Assembly (NCBI GenBank): GCA_963833095.1
Contig: CAWHWQ010000004.1
Span: 96,001-160,000 of the forward strand
Reading direction: 5' to 3'
Length of the DNA stretch: 64,000 nt
DNA from: Vulcanimicrobiota bacterium
GTDB lineage: Bacteria > Vulcanimicrobiota > Vulcanimicrobiia > Vulcanimicrobiales > Vulcanimicrobiaceae
In this document: one piece after another, positions 19,242 to 30,800 of the stretch
Numbering within the stretch: the stretch's first letter is position 1
Layout of the letters: each line of letters opens with the position of its first letter
Made by a program: the position numbers and the translations under genes
Notes under the pieces: model-generated
Told to the model about the DNA's origin: nothing
What the model saw: only the letters and a program-made list of their open reading frames with translations
Databases searched by the model: none

Positions 19242-20449
19242 CTAAGCGACTACGACTGAAACCCGTTCGTCGATGTGCGAGAAGACGTCGTAGAGCGCCT
19301 CATACGCTTCATCGATTTGCTCTTCTCCCAGTACCAGCGGCGGCGCGAAGCGAAGCGAATTCCCGCCGGCGCTTCCGACCAGCAGCCCGTGTTCGCGCAG
19401 CGCTGTGACGACGTCGGCCACGCGGATACTTCTCCTTGAGTCCAAGCGCGCAGAGCAGCCCCATGCCGCGCAATCCCGAGATAACGTTTGGAAACGCGAG
19501 CGCAAGATCGGTCAGCCGCGCCATCAACTGCACTTCGCGCACGGCGACGTATGCCTCTAAGTCGATGGCGTCGCGCACGCGCAGGTGCGCGAGTGCGGCC
19601 GCGCACGGAACCGGCGAACCGCCGAAGGTCGTCCCGTGATCGCCGGGTTGAAGCGCGTCGATCGCGCATCTCCGCGCACGAGCATCGCGCCGATCGGCAA
19701 CCCGTTGGCCAGCGCCTTGGCCATCGTCACGACGTCGGGCCGCACGCCGAAACGCTGGAACGCAAAGAGCGGGCCGAGGCGACCCATCCCGCATTGAATC
19801 TCGTCGAAGATCAAGAGCGCGCCGCGCTTGTCGCACAAGTGACGCGCCATCGCGAGAAACTCGACGCTCGCCGGATGGACGCCGCTCTCTCCCTGCACCG
19901 GCTCGACGATGAAGGCCGCGACCGTATCGTCGATGGCCTTGTCGAGCGCGAACATGTCGTTGAACTCCGTAAAGGCAAAGCCGTCCGGCATCGGTCCGAA
20001 GCCTTCTTTATACTTGTCGTTGGCGGTGGCGGCGAGCGCACCCAGCGTGCGGCCGTGAAACGAGCCGGTGCACGCAAGGATCTTGACGCGATCCGTTTCG
20101 CCCTTGCGGAACGCGCGCTTGCGGGCGAGCTTGATCGCCGCTTCGTTGGCTTCGGTTCCGGAGTTGCAAAAGAACGCGCGCGCGAAGCCGCTGCGCTGCG
20201 ACCAGCTCCTTGGCGAGCGCGTCCGGCCGGCTCGTGGTAGTAGAGATTGCTGCAGTGCACCAGCGTGCGCGCTTGATCCGCAATCGCTTGCGAGATCCAC
20301 GGATGGCAGTGCCCGAGCGCGCAGACCGCGATGCCGGCGATAAAATCCAGATAGCGGCGTTCCTGGTCGTCGAACAGATAGCAGCCTTCGCCGCGCACGA
20401 TGTTGATCGGCGCGCGGTTATAATTCGCGAGCAGCGCGCTGTCGTTCAT
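19242..20449 (-). CDS. argD: Acetylornithine aminotransferase (frameshifted)
   Basis: YLDFIAGIAVCALGH, CNSGTEANEAAIK, FHGRT, EPVQGESG, DEIQCGMGR, AKALANGLPIG, HGTTFGG, spread over several frames. Confidence 0.92.
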
Positions 20450-21673
20450 GTCCGGTAACTCGCGTTAATGCGCACGTAATCCTTCGAGAGATCGCAGCCC
20501 CACGCGGTCGCGCGCGCTTCGCCGATGCCCAAGTGCAGATCGACGACGATATCGGTCAACTCGAGCTCGCTGTGCGCTTCGGCTTCACTCAGCACCTCGA
20601 TCGCGCCGGGTTGCGACCCACGTCTTGCCGTTGAGTTGCAGCCACCACGTATCCGGATCGAGCCCGGCGTTCACCGAGCCCGCCGCTGCGATGATGCGGC
20701 CCCAATTCGGATCCTCGCCGTACAGCGCCGTCCTCACCAGATTGCTGTTGATCACCGCGCGCCCGATCGTGCGCGCTTGCGCAACGTCTTTTGCGCCGCG
20801 TGACGTGCACGGTGAGCGTCTTGGTCGCGCCTTCGCCGTCGGCCACCATCGCCAGCGCAAGATCGGAGCAGACCTGGTGCAGCGCGCGAACGAAAGGCGC
20901 GGGCGGCGCGCCTTCGTCCCGGCCGGCGCAAACGCGTACAACGCATCGTTGGTCGACATGCAGCCGTCGACCGAAATCATGTTGAACGTCGCGTCGGCCG
21001 CCTCGCGCAACTCGCTCTGCAACGCGACCGCCGACATCGGCAGATCGGTCGCCACGAACGCAAGCATCGTCGCCATGTTGGGAGCGATCATGCCCGAGCC
21101 TTTGGCGATGCCGCCGACGACGTATTTCTTCTCGCCGATATAAAACGCGTAGGCGGCGAGCTTCGGCACGCGATCGGTGGTCATGATCGCTTCGGCCGCG
21201 TCATTACTCGATTTGCCGCCGCTCTCGAGCTGCTCGACCGCGCGCTCGAGTCCGCGCTGCACGCGATCCATCGGCAGCGGGACGCCGATGACGCCGGTCG
21301 ACGCGACGATGATGCTGGTCGCGGAGACTTTGAGCAGCGCCGCGGCTTGGCGCGCGGTCGCGCGCGCGTCGCGATCCCCGCGCTCGCCGGTGCACGCGTT
21401 AGCGCAGCCCGAGTTGCAGACGATCGCGCGGAACACGCCCGTCGACCCGCGATGTGCTCGGCGCTGACGAGTACCGGCGCCGCCTTGATTTCATTGGTGG
21501 TGATGACCGACGCGCAGACCTGCGGCTGCTCGAACGTGATCACGCGCGAGGTCGCGCTTGCGCGGCTTGATCCCCGCGTGGACGCCGGCGGACTGGACAC
21601 CCGGCACCGCGCCGATGCCGCCGCGAACCGCGACTAGCCGAACATCGTCATCCTGCGACAATTGCGCGAGCAT
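20446..21673 (-). CDS. argJ: Ornithine acetyltransferase ArgJ (frameshifted)
   Basis: NSGCANACTG, IMTTD, GIAKGSGMIAPNMATML, DGEGATK, GEDPNWGRI, WGCDLSKDYVRINASYRT. Start uncertain (about 21651-21673). Confidence 0.92.
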
Positions 21674-22632
21674 GCAATCCGGTCTCCTCGGGATAGCCCA
21701 GCATGATGTTGAGGTTTTGCACGGCCTGACCCGGCCGCGCCTTTGCCTAAGTTGTCGATCGCGCAGATCACGCGAACCGTGTTGCCTCGCACGTCGACGC
21801 GCAATTCCGCGTCGTTGGTCCCGGCGACCGCCGCAACGCTCGGCACGCGGTCGCCCTCGACGATGCGCGACGAACGGGCTGCCCGCGTACGCCGCCGCGA
21901 TAGGCGCGGCGCACGTCCGCCTCGTCGAGCGTCCCGATCGTACACGGCATACGAGTCGGCCAGCATGCCGCGCGCGAGCGGCACGACGTGCGGCGTAAAG
22001 ACCAGCGGCGCGGCGATACCGTGCGCGCGCAGCAGGCGCTCGATCTCGGGCTGGTGGCGATGCCGTCGATGCCATAGGCGCGAATGTCGCCCGCGACTTC
22101 GGCATACAGCGATCCGGTTGCCGGCTTGCGCCCCGCGCCGGTGATGCCGCTCTTCGCATCGACGATCAGTTGCACCGGCCGGGCTCCGAGCGCGCGCAGC
22201 GGCAAAAGCCCGAGCAACGTTGCGGTCGGATAACAGCCCGGATTTGCGACAAGCGACGCCCGCGCGATCGCGTCGCGGTGCCATTCCGGCAAGTCCGTAC
22301 GCAGCGTTGTCGTCGAAGCGATAGTCGCGCGGAAAGGTCGACGACCCGCGCGCCGGCTTCCAGGAACGCGGGCACGTGCGCGTGCGCTTCGCCGTGCGCT
22401 GCCGGCCGCAATGACGACGATCGCCGGCACGCAGCGCCGCGCAGCACGGATCCCTCGGGTGAAAAGACGTACGGTGTCGTGCGCAGCAGCGGAAAGTGAT
22501 CGCCAAGCGCCGCGCCCGCGTGGCTGCGGCTCTCCAGCGCGCCAAGTTCAAAGAACGGGATGCGTGTCGAGCAGACCGAATCGCTTCGGCCGCGCCGTAT
22601 CCGCTGGCGCCCCAGACATGCACGCGCGTCAT
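21648..22632 (-). CDS. argC: N-acetyl-gamma-glutamyl-phosphate reductase (frameshifted)
   Basis: VWGASGYG, VANPGCYPTA, DAKSGITGAGR, FTPHVVPLARGM, AIDNLGKGAAG. Confidence 0.92.
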
Positions 22633-24028
22633 GAGAGCATCTAATTCCGCAGCGAGCGAGGCGAGGCCCGCGCGCACGGCATCCGGCGACGTCGATCCGG
22701 CGGTATTTTTTGCAGCGACGCTCGCTGCCGGATCGAGCGGCGCATGAACGACCTTAAGACCGGCCTCGGTAGCGAGCGTTTCGAGGTCGCGCGCATCCAG
22801 CGGACGGCCTGCATCTTCGGCGGCACGCACCACGGCACCGACGAGCGCGTGCGCGTCGCGCGCGCTAACGCCCGCGGCGATCAGCGCATCGGCGAGGTCG
22901 GTCGCTACCGTGTAGCCGTCGCCAGCGTGCGCATTCATTGCTTCGCGAACGAAGGTCGTATCGCGCAGCGCGCGTTCGAACGCGTCGAGCGCCGCCAGCG
23001 TGCGTTCGCACGCCGCGATGGCCAGGCGTTTGGTCTCCTGTAAGTCGCGGTGATACGAGAGCGGCATGCCCACCGTCGAGGTCAGCGCACCGAAGTAGGC
23101 GCCGGCAACTTCGCTCGCGCAGCCGCGCACCAGTTCGAACAGGATCCGGATTGCGCTTTTGCGGCATCAGGCTCGATCCGGTCGAGGACGCATCCCCCAA
23201 ACGCGCGTAACCGAAGCCGGGCGTTGCCCAGAGCACGATTTCAGCGCTGACGCGCGAGGCATCGGTCAGCGCACGCGCGCAGGCTTGCGCGACGTCGAGT
23301 ACCGCATCGCGCGTTCCGACCGCGTCCATCGCGTTGCGCGAGGGACGATCGAATCCGAGGCGCTTGCACGCCGCGTTTCGATCGAGCGGAAGCGTCGAAC
23401 CCGCGACCGCGCCCGAGCCCAGCGGACAACTGCTCTTCGCGAACGCTGCGGCCGTCGTGAAGCGATGCGCGGCGCGCACGAACGGCTCGGCGGCAGCGGT
23501 CAGCCAAAAGGCGAGCAGAACGGGTTGCGCCGGCTGCCAGTGCGTCGTCGCGGCAAGCAGCGTCTGCGCAGTGAGTTCCTCGGAAGCGCGGGCGAGCAGA
23601 TGCGCGCGATCGAACGAGCACGCTGCGCGCCCGCAAGCGCGCGATCGTGCGCGTAGAGCGCAAGCGTCGTTGCAACTTGGTCGTTGCGGCTGCGCCCGGC
23701 ATGCAACAGCGCCCCTGCCTGCGGTTCGAGTTCGCGCACGCGCGCGTCGATCGCGCCGTGCACGTCTTCTGCGCCGCTGCGCGCGCAAACGCGGCAAACG
23801 TCTCCGCATCGATTTCAGCGGCAACCTCGTCGAGCGCGCCGTGCAGCGTCGCGGCGTCGCGCCGCCGATGATCTTGCCGCCGGCGAGCGCATCGACGTGC
23901 GCCATGCGAGGTGTGCACGTCGAACGGTGCGAGCACCAGATCGTCTTCGAGCGACGAGCCGAACGCGAGCAACGCCGCATCGGGCGGCGCGCTAAACGGC
24001 CGCCCCACTGGAGCGATCCTTTTGTCAT
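22630..24028 (-). CDS. argH: Argininosuccinate lyase (frameshifted; end approximate)
   Basis: WGGRF-like start, LHAGRSRNDQVAT, THWQPAQP, PLGSGAVAG, TGSSLMPQKRNPD, YHRDLQE, ATDLAD. Confidence 0.92.
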
Positions 24029-24062
24029 TCCGAGCGTGGCTCGCGAAGCAGCGTAGTCGAAG
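24023..24062 (+). repeat. Degenerate REP-like element at the argG/argH junction
   Basis: TGTCATTCCGAGCGTGG...GCGTAGTCGAAG; its reverse complement provides the argH ATG. Confidence 0.7.
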
Positions 24063-25268
24063 CGATCGATCGCGGCCAACTGATCTGTCGGCAGGCCGTA
24101 CAGGCGAATGAAACCGTCGGCGGCGTGGTGATCGAACGTGTCGGCATTGCCGTACGTCGCGAGCGACTCATCGTAGAGCGCGAAGGGCGAGCGCACACCC
24201 GCCATCGCGACCGCTCCGTGAAAGAGCTGCACCCGCACGTCGCCGGTCATCCGCGACGCAAACGACGCGTTGAACGCATCGAGCGCGTCGCGCAGCGGCG
24301 ACATCCACAATCCGTCGTAGATCAGTTCGGCATATTTCTGATCGCAGCTGGCTTTAAAGCGCAGCTCGTCGCGCGTGAGCACGAGCCGTTCGAGCGCGTT
24401 GTGCGCCGCGATCAGCACTGATTGCCGCGGGCAGCTTCATAGACTTCGCGCGACTTCACGCCGACGACGCGATCTTCGACCAAGTCGATGCGGCCGATGC
24501 CGTGCGCGCCGGCGAGCGCGTTGAGCTTTGCAACCAGATCCGCGACCGGTGACGCCGTCCACCGACGGAACGCCGTGTTCGAAGTGAATCGACGACGTCG
24601 TCGGGCTTGGCCGGCTGCATCGGCGGCCGACGCGGTCCACGCGTACGCGTCTTCGGGCGGCGCGTTCCACGGATCTTCGAGCACGCCGGCTTCGATCGAG
24701 CGGCCCCACAGGTTGGCGTCGATCGAATACGGCTTTGCCGCGGTGTGCGCGATCGGAACGCCGTGTTCGGCGCGTAGGCGATCGCGTCGGGACGCGAGAG
24801 CGGCGCTTCGCGCAGCGGCGCGCGCACGGTGAGGTGCGGATCGAGCGCGCGAACGCCAAGCTCGATGCGCACTTGATCGTTGCCTTTGCCGGTGCAGCCG
24901 TGCGCGACCGCGTCGGCGCCGTACTTGTGCGCGGCTTCGACCAGCAGCGCGCCGATCAGCGGGCGCGAGAGCGCGGCCGAGAGCGGATAGACGCCTTGAT
25001 ACAGCGCGTTGGCGGCAGCGCGGGCAGCGCGTAATCGTTCGACGAAGCGCTCGCGCGCGTCGATCACACGGCGTCGTCGGCGCCGAGGTCGAGCGCTTTG
25101 CTGGCGCACGTCTTCGAGCGCGGCGTGCCGCGCCGTTCGCCGGCGACGCACGTCGCTCTCGCCGAGGTCGGCGGTCATCGCGACGACCTCGTGTCCGGCG
25201 ACAATCAATTGTTTGAGCAAAACCGAGGTATCGAGGCCGCCGGAATACGCTAGAACGATGCGGCTCAC
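24025..25268 (-). CDS. argG: Argininosuccinate synthase (frameshifted)
   Basis: IVLAYSGGLDTS, YPLSAALSRP, AHGCTGKGNDQVR, EDRVVGVKSREVYEA, YDGLWMSPLR. Confidence 0.93.
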
Positions 25269-25739
25269 GCTGCGCTACTTCCCTTCAAGTCCAAGAAACG
25301 TTGTTTGAAACGGGCATCTCTTCGGCGCTGCGCACCGACGATCATCACCGTGTCGTCGCCGCCGAGCGTGCCGAGAATTTCGGGCCAGCCGGCTTCGTCG
25401 ATCGCCGAAGCGACCATCATCGCGCTGCCGGGCGGCGTTCGCAGCACGATCAGGTTGACGCTGCCTTCGATCGTGATCGCGAGTTCGGCGACCACGCGGT
25501 GCAGGCGGCTGACGTAATTCACCGTCGCGTTCGGCACGACGTACTTGAAGAGGCCGTCATCGTCGCCGTTGGACTTGATCGGCACTTTGACCAAGCCCAG
25601 TTCCTTGATGTCGCGCGAGACCGTGGCCTGCGTCACCTCGTAGCCTTGCGCGTCGAGCAGCGCGACCAGTTCTTCTTGCGAGTGCATCGGCCGCGTCGCG
25701 ACCAGCGTGAGGATCGCGCGTTGGCGCACGGTCTTTCAT
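25265..25739 (-). CDS. argR: Arginine repressor (probable indel right after the start)
   Basis: SQEELV...[29 protein letters not shown]. Confidence 0.93.
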
Positions 25740-26722
25740 AGCGGGCAGTCCCTTTCGCAGGTCGGTTAGCAAGCGCAACGAGCAGCGCCTTCTGCGCGTG
25801 CAAGCCGGTTTTCGGCTTGATCGAAGACGGCGCTGCGCGTGCCGTCGATCACCGCCGGCGCTCACTTCCTCGCCGCGATGCGCGGGCAGACAGTGCATGA
25901 AGATCGCGTGCGGCTGCGCGTACGCGATCAGCTCCTCGGTGACCGCATACGGACGCAGCATCGCGGCGTTGCGTTCGCGATAGCGCTCTTCGCCCATCGA
26001 GGTCCAGACGTCGGTGTAAACGACGTCGACGCCGCGCACCGCGCGCACCGGGCTGGTGAACGCGCGCGCGGTGCCGCCGCTGGGTTCGCCCAATTCGATT
26101 GAGCAGCGACGAGCAACGCTTCGGCCGGGCGATGCGTCGGCGGCGAGCCGAAGTGCACCGACCGCACCGATCATCACCGCCGCTTCCGCAAGCGACGCCG
26201 CGACGTTGTTGCTGCCGTCGCCCACGTAGGCGATGCGCAGGCCCTCGAGCGTGCCGAAGCGTTCCTCGATCGTCAGCATGTCGGCCAGCGCCTGACACGG
26301 ATGCGCGGCGGCCGAGAGCCCGTTGATCACCGGCACGGTCGACGGCGGCGCGAAGCGCTGCAGCGGCTCGTGCGCGTGCGTGCGCACGACGATCGCATCG
26401 ACGTAGCGCGAGAGCACGCGCGCGGCGTCTTCGGGCGTCTCGCGCGTGCCGACCATGAACTCGTCGCCGTGCGCGAAGAGCGTCTCGCCGCCGAGCTGCT
26501 TCATCGCGACTTCAAAGGAGACGCGCGTGCGCAGGCTCGGCTTCTCGAAGAGCAGCCGAGCGTGCGGCCGCGCAGCAGCGTGCGTACCTCGGTGCGCGGG
26601 ACGGCCTTGAGGTAGCGGGCAAGCGAGATCAGCGCGGCCAACTCGCCGGGCGAGAAGTCCGTGACCTCGAGAATGTTGCGCCCACGGAGCGTATTGCTCT
26701 GGGCTGGCGCTACGGAAGACAT
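25736..26722 (-). CDS. argF: Ornithine carbamoyltransferase (frameshifted)
   Basis: [53 protein letters not shown]. Confidence 0.93.
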
Positions 26723-26724
26723 TA

Positions 26725-26762
26725 CCTGTATATTTATACATATGGAGCATAATTATTCAACC
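26725..26762. promoter_or_regulatory. Tandem ARG boxes (ArgR operator) in the divergent argF/argB junction
   Basis: TGTATATTTATACA (palindrome) and GCATAATTATTCA match the TGMAT-W4-ATKCA consensus; AT-rich island in GC-rich DNA. Confidence 0.8.
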
Positions 26763-27539
26763 CCCATCGTCATCAAGTACGGGGGGAACGCCCTCCCTGG
26801 GGGCGGGTACGGGGCGGACCCGATCCTCGCCGAGGCGGTCGCGCTCCACGAGGGCGGCACGCCCGTAGTGCTCGTCCATGGGGGCGGGCCCGAAATCGAT
26901 CGCTGGCTGGCGGACCGGCACGTGCCGACGCGCCGCGTCGACGGGCTGCGCGTCACCGACGAGGTGACCCTCGAAGTCACCGAGGCCGTACTCTGCGCGA
27001 CGATCAACAAGCGCCTGGTCCGCGCCTGCGCCGCGCTGGGGGCGCGCGCCGTCGGCATCAGCGGCGAAGACGCCAACACCCTCGTCGCGCGAACCGCCCA
27101 CGGCTCACACGGTGAAGATCTCGGCTACGTCGGCGACGTCGTCGCCTGCGATCCGTCGCTGATCAATCTTCTTCTCGCCGCGAAGTATCTTCCGGTGGTC
27201 GCACCGCTTGCAGTCGCATCCGACGACGCCCACGCTTTTAACGTCAACGCCGATCTCGCCGCAGCCGCGCTTGCGGGCGCTCTGCATGCCCGCGCCTTCA
27301 TTATGATCACCAACGTCGAACGCGTCCGCCGCGACCCGAAGGATCCCGCTAGCGGCATCGATCGCCTCTCGCTCGACGAGGCACGCGCCTTTACGAAAAC
27401 GCCCGCCTGCGAAGGCGGCATGCTTCCCAAGATGCAGGCCGCGATCGCGGCGGTCGAAGCAGGCGCGAGCGCATCCTATATTTGCGGACCGCACGCGATC
27501 GCCGACGCACTCGCCGGCAACGCCACCATCGTGTCGTAA
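26742..27539 (+). CDS. argB: Acetylglutamate kinase
   Basis: [37 protein letters not shown]. Start ATG 26742. Confidence 0.95.
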   Translation: MEHNYSTPIVIKYGGNALPGGGYGADPILAEAVALHEGGTPVVLVHGGGPEIDRWLADRHVPTRRVDGLRVTDEVTLEVTEAVLCATINKRLVRACAALGARAVGISGEDANTLVARTAHGSHGEDLGYVGDVVACDPSLINLLLAAKYLPVVAPLAVASDDAHAFNVNADLAAAALAGALHARAFIMITNVERVRRDPKDPASGIDRLSLDEARAFTKTPACEGGMLPKMQAAIAAVEAGASASYICGPHAIADALAGNATIVS

Positions 27540-27549
27540 CGCCCCGCCT

Positions 27550-27830
27550 TGTCATCCCGAGCGTAGCGCAGCATAGTCGAAGGACCGGCACCACGCGTCA
27601 CCTTGAGGTACGAAGCGTTAGCGAGCCTCGAAGGGCTAGCGTATTGTCATCCCGAGCGTAGCGCAGCGTAGTCGAGGGACCGGCACCACGCGTCACCTTG
27701 AGGCGCGAAGCGTTAGCGAGCCTCTCAGGGCTAGCGTATTGTCATCCCGAGCGTAGCGAACAAAGTAGCGTAGTCGAGGGACGGGCATCACGTGTCACCT
27801 TGAGGCGCGAGCGTTAGCGAGCCTCTCAGG
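27550..27830 (+). repeat. Cluster of three ~95-bp units, each made of two alternating REP-like palindromes
   Basis: TGTCATCCCGAGCGTAG..TCGAGGGA at 27550, 27645 and 27740, each followed by GTCACCTTGAGG...GCGAGCCTC..AGGG. Confidence 0.9.
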
Positions 27831-27888
27831 GCGCTGCGCCCACGCCCTCGCCGGCAACGCAACGGGCGTCCGCGGTGTTTGAGAAGCT

Positions 27889-30800
27889 GTGATCGACCGA
27901 TTCCACCCGCTCGTACGGGAGTGGTTCGCTAGCCGTTACGGCGAGCCGACCGAGCCGCAGGTCTGCGGCTGGCCGGTCATTCGCGGCCGGCCACGACGTG
28001 CTGATCTCCGCGCCCACCGGCTCGGGCAAAACGCTGGCCGCGTTCTCGATCTGCCTCGATGATCTCGTGCGCCGCGCGGCGGCCGACGAACTTGCCGACG
28101 AAACGCTGGTCGTCTACGTCTCGCCGCTCAAAGCGCTGACCAACGACGTGCGCAAGAATCTCGAACTGCCGCTCGGCGAGCTCGCGCGCTCTCGCGCGAG
28201 AGCAAGGCGTGGCGCTCGACGAGATCCGCACCGCGGTGCGCACCGGCGACACGACTGCCAGCCGAACGCGCGCGCATGCTGCGCAAGCCGCCGCACGTGC
28301 TGGTGACGACGCCCGAATCGCTCTTCATTTTGCTCACCGCCGAGAAGTCGCGCGCGCTCTTCACCAACGTCACGACGATCATCGTCGACGAAATCCACGC
28401 GATGGCGCGCGACAAGCGCGGCTCGCATCTGGCGCTGACGCTCGCGCGCCTCGACGATCTGCGTCAAGCCGCCGGCGGCAAGAAGCCGCAGCGCATCGGC
28501 CTCTCGGCGACGGTTCGTCCGCTCGAGGACGTCGCGCAATTCTTGAGCCCGAGCGCGCAAGTCGTCGACGTCGGCAGCCGCCGCGAGATGACGATCGCGG
28601 TCGAAGTGCCGAGCGACGAACTCGGCCCGGTCGCCAGCGGCGAGATGTGGGCCGAGATCTACGATCGCGTGGCCGACCTGATCCGCGCCAACCGCACGAC
28701 GCTGGTCTTCGTCGGCACGCGGCGCATGAGCGAACGCGTCGCCTTCGCGCTTGACCGAACGGCTCGGGCGAAGGCATCGTCCTGCCGCATCACGGCAGCC
28801 TCTCGCGCGAGATCCGCTTCGAAGCCGAGAATCGGCTCAAGAACGGCGAGCTGCGCGCGGTCGTCGCGACCGCGTCGCTCGAACTCGGCATCGACATCGG
28901 CTCGATCGATCTGGTCGTGCAGCTCGGCTCGCCGCGCTCGATCGCGGTCGCGCTGCAGCGCATCGGCCGCTCGGGTCACTGGATCGGCGCGAAGCCCGAA
29001 GGCCGCCTCTTCGCCACCACGCGCGACGAACTGATCGAGTGCGCGGCGCTCGTGCGCGCGATTCGCACCGGCGCGATGGACGCGCTCGCGATTCCGGCAG
29101 CGCCGCTCGACATTCTCGCGCAGCAGATCGTCGCCGCGTGCGCCGAGCGACGAATGGGACGACGACGAGCTCTACGCGACGGTGCGCGGCGCGTATCCGT
29201 ACCGCGACTCTCGACGCGCAACGACTTCGACGACGTCGTCGACGATGCTCGCCGACGGCATCGCGACCTCGCGCGGCCGCAGCGGCGCGTTCCTGCACTC
29301 ACGATCGCGTCAACGGCCGGCTGCGCGCGACGGCGCGGCGCGCGCCTCGCGGCGATCACCTCGCGGCGGCGCGATTCCCGAGACCGCCAACTACAACGTC
29401 GTCGCCGAACCCGACGGGCACGTCGTCGGCACGCTCGACGAAGATTTCGCCGTCGAGAGCATGGCCGGCGACATCTTTCTGCTCGGCACGACCTCGTGGC
29501 GCATCCGCCGCGTCGAAACGGGCGTCGTGCGCGTCGAAGATGCGCACGGCGCGCCGCCGATCGATTCCGTTCTGGAACGGCGAAGGCCTCGGCCGCACGA
29601 TCGAGCTCTCGCGCGAAGTCGCGGCCGTGCGCGCCGCAATCGACGAGCGCGACGATGCGCGGCGCATGCGTTGCTCGATCGAGCGAATGCGGGCTCGACG
29701 ACGCGGGCGCCGAGCAGGCCGATCGCCTACGTGCGCGCCGGCAAAGCGATCCTCGGCGTCGTGCCGACCGATACGCACGATCGTCGCCGAGCGCTTCTTC
29801 GACGAAGCCGGCGGGATGCAGCTCATCCTGCACACGCCGTTCGGCGCGCGCATCAACCGCGCGTGGGGCCTGGCGCTGCGCAAGCGGTTCTGCCGCTCGT
29901 TCAATTTCGAACTGCAAGCCGCGGCCACCGACAACGGCATCGTCCTCTCGCTGACCGAGCAGCACGCCTTTCCGCTCGAGATCGTGTTCGAGTACGTCAA
30001 GTCGGCCAGCGTCGAGTACGTGCTGACCCAAGCGCTGCTTGCCGCGCCGATGTTCGGCGCGCGCTGGCGCTGGAACGCGACTCGCGCGCTCGCGATCCTG
30101 CGCATGCGCGGCGGCCGCAAAGTGCCGCCGCAACTCCTGCGCATGCGCGCCGACGATCTTGCTCGCGGCGGTCTTCCCCGACCAGGCCGCGTGCGCCGGA
30201 GAACCTCACCGGGCCGATTCGCATTCCCGATCACGTGCTGGTCCGCGAGACGATCGACAACTGCCTGCACGAAGCGATGGACCTCGACGGTCTGCTCGAC
30301 GTGCTACGCAGCCTCGAAGCCGGCGACGATTCGCACGGTCGCGGTCGACACGCCCGAGCCGTCGCCGTTCTGTCACGAGATCCTCAACGCCAATCCGTAC
30401 GCGTATCTCGACGACGCGCCGCTCGAGGAGCGCCGCGCGCGCGCCGTGCAGCTGCGGCGCACGACCCGCAGCGACGCCGACGGCGCCGGCATGCTCGATC
30501 CCGCAGCGATCGCCGAGGTCGCCGAAGAGTCGTGGCCGGTCGTGCGCGACGCCGACGAACTGCACGATGCGCTAGCGACGCTCGTCGTGCTGCCGCCGGT
30601 CGCGGAGTGGACGCGCGTGGTTCGACGAACTGGTCGCGCAGCGCCGCGCGACGACGCTGATCGTCGCCGGCACGCGACGTTCTGGACTGCGCCGAACGGC
30701 TCGAGCTCGCGCAAGCATCGCCTATCCCGATGCGACGCTCGATCCGCGAATCGACGCGGTCACGCACGACGCCGCTTCCGGAAGAGCGCGAGGCGGCGCG

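Noticed and set aside
21634..24418. Apparent ArgG-ArgH and ArgH-ArgC in-frame fusions in the ORF track
   Set aside because: Both junctions contain ATGA-type overlaps in an indel-ridden region, so they are most likely frame artefacts.
27550..27830. Possible CRISPR array
   Set aside because: The 95-bp units repeat in their entirety with no unique spacers, there are no cas genes, and the same motif is dispersed as REPs.
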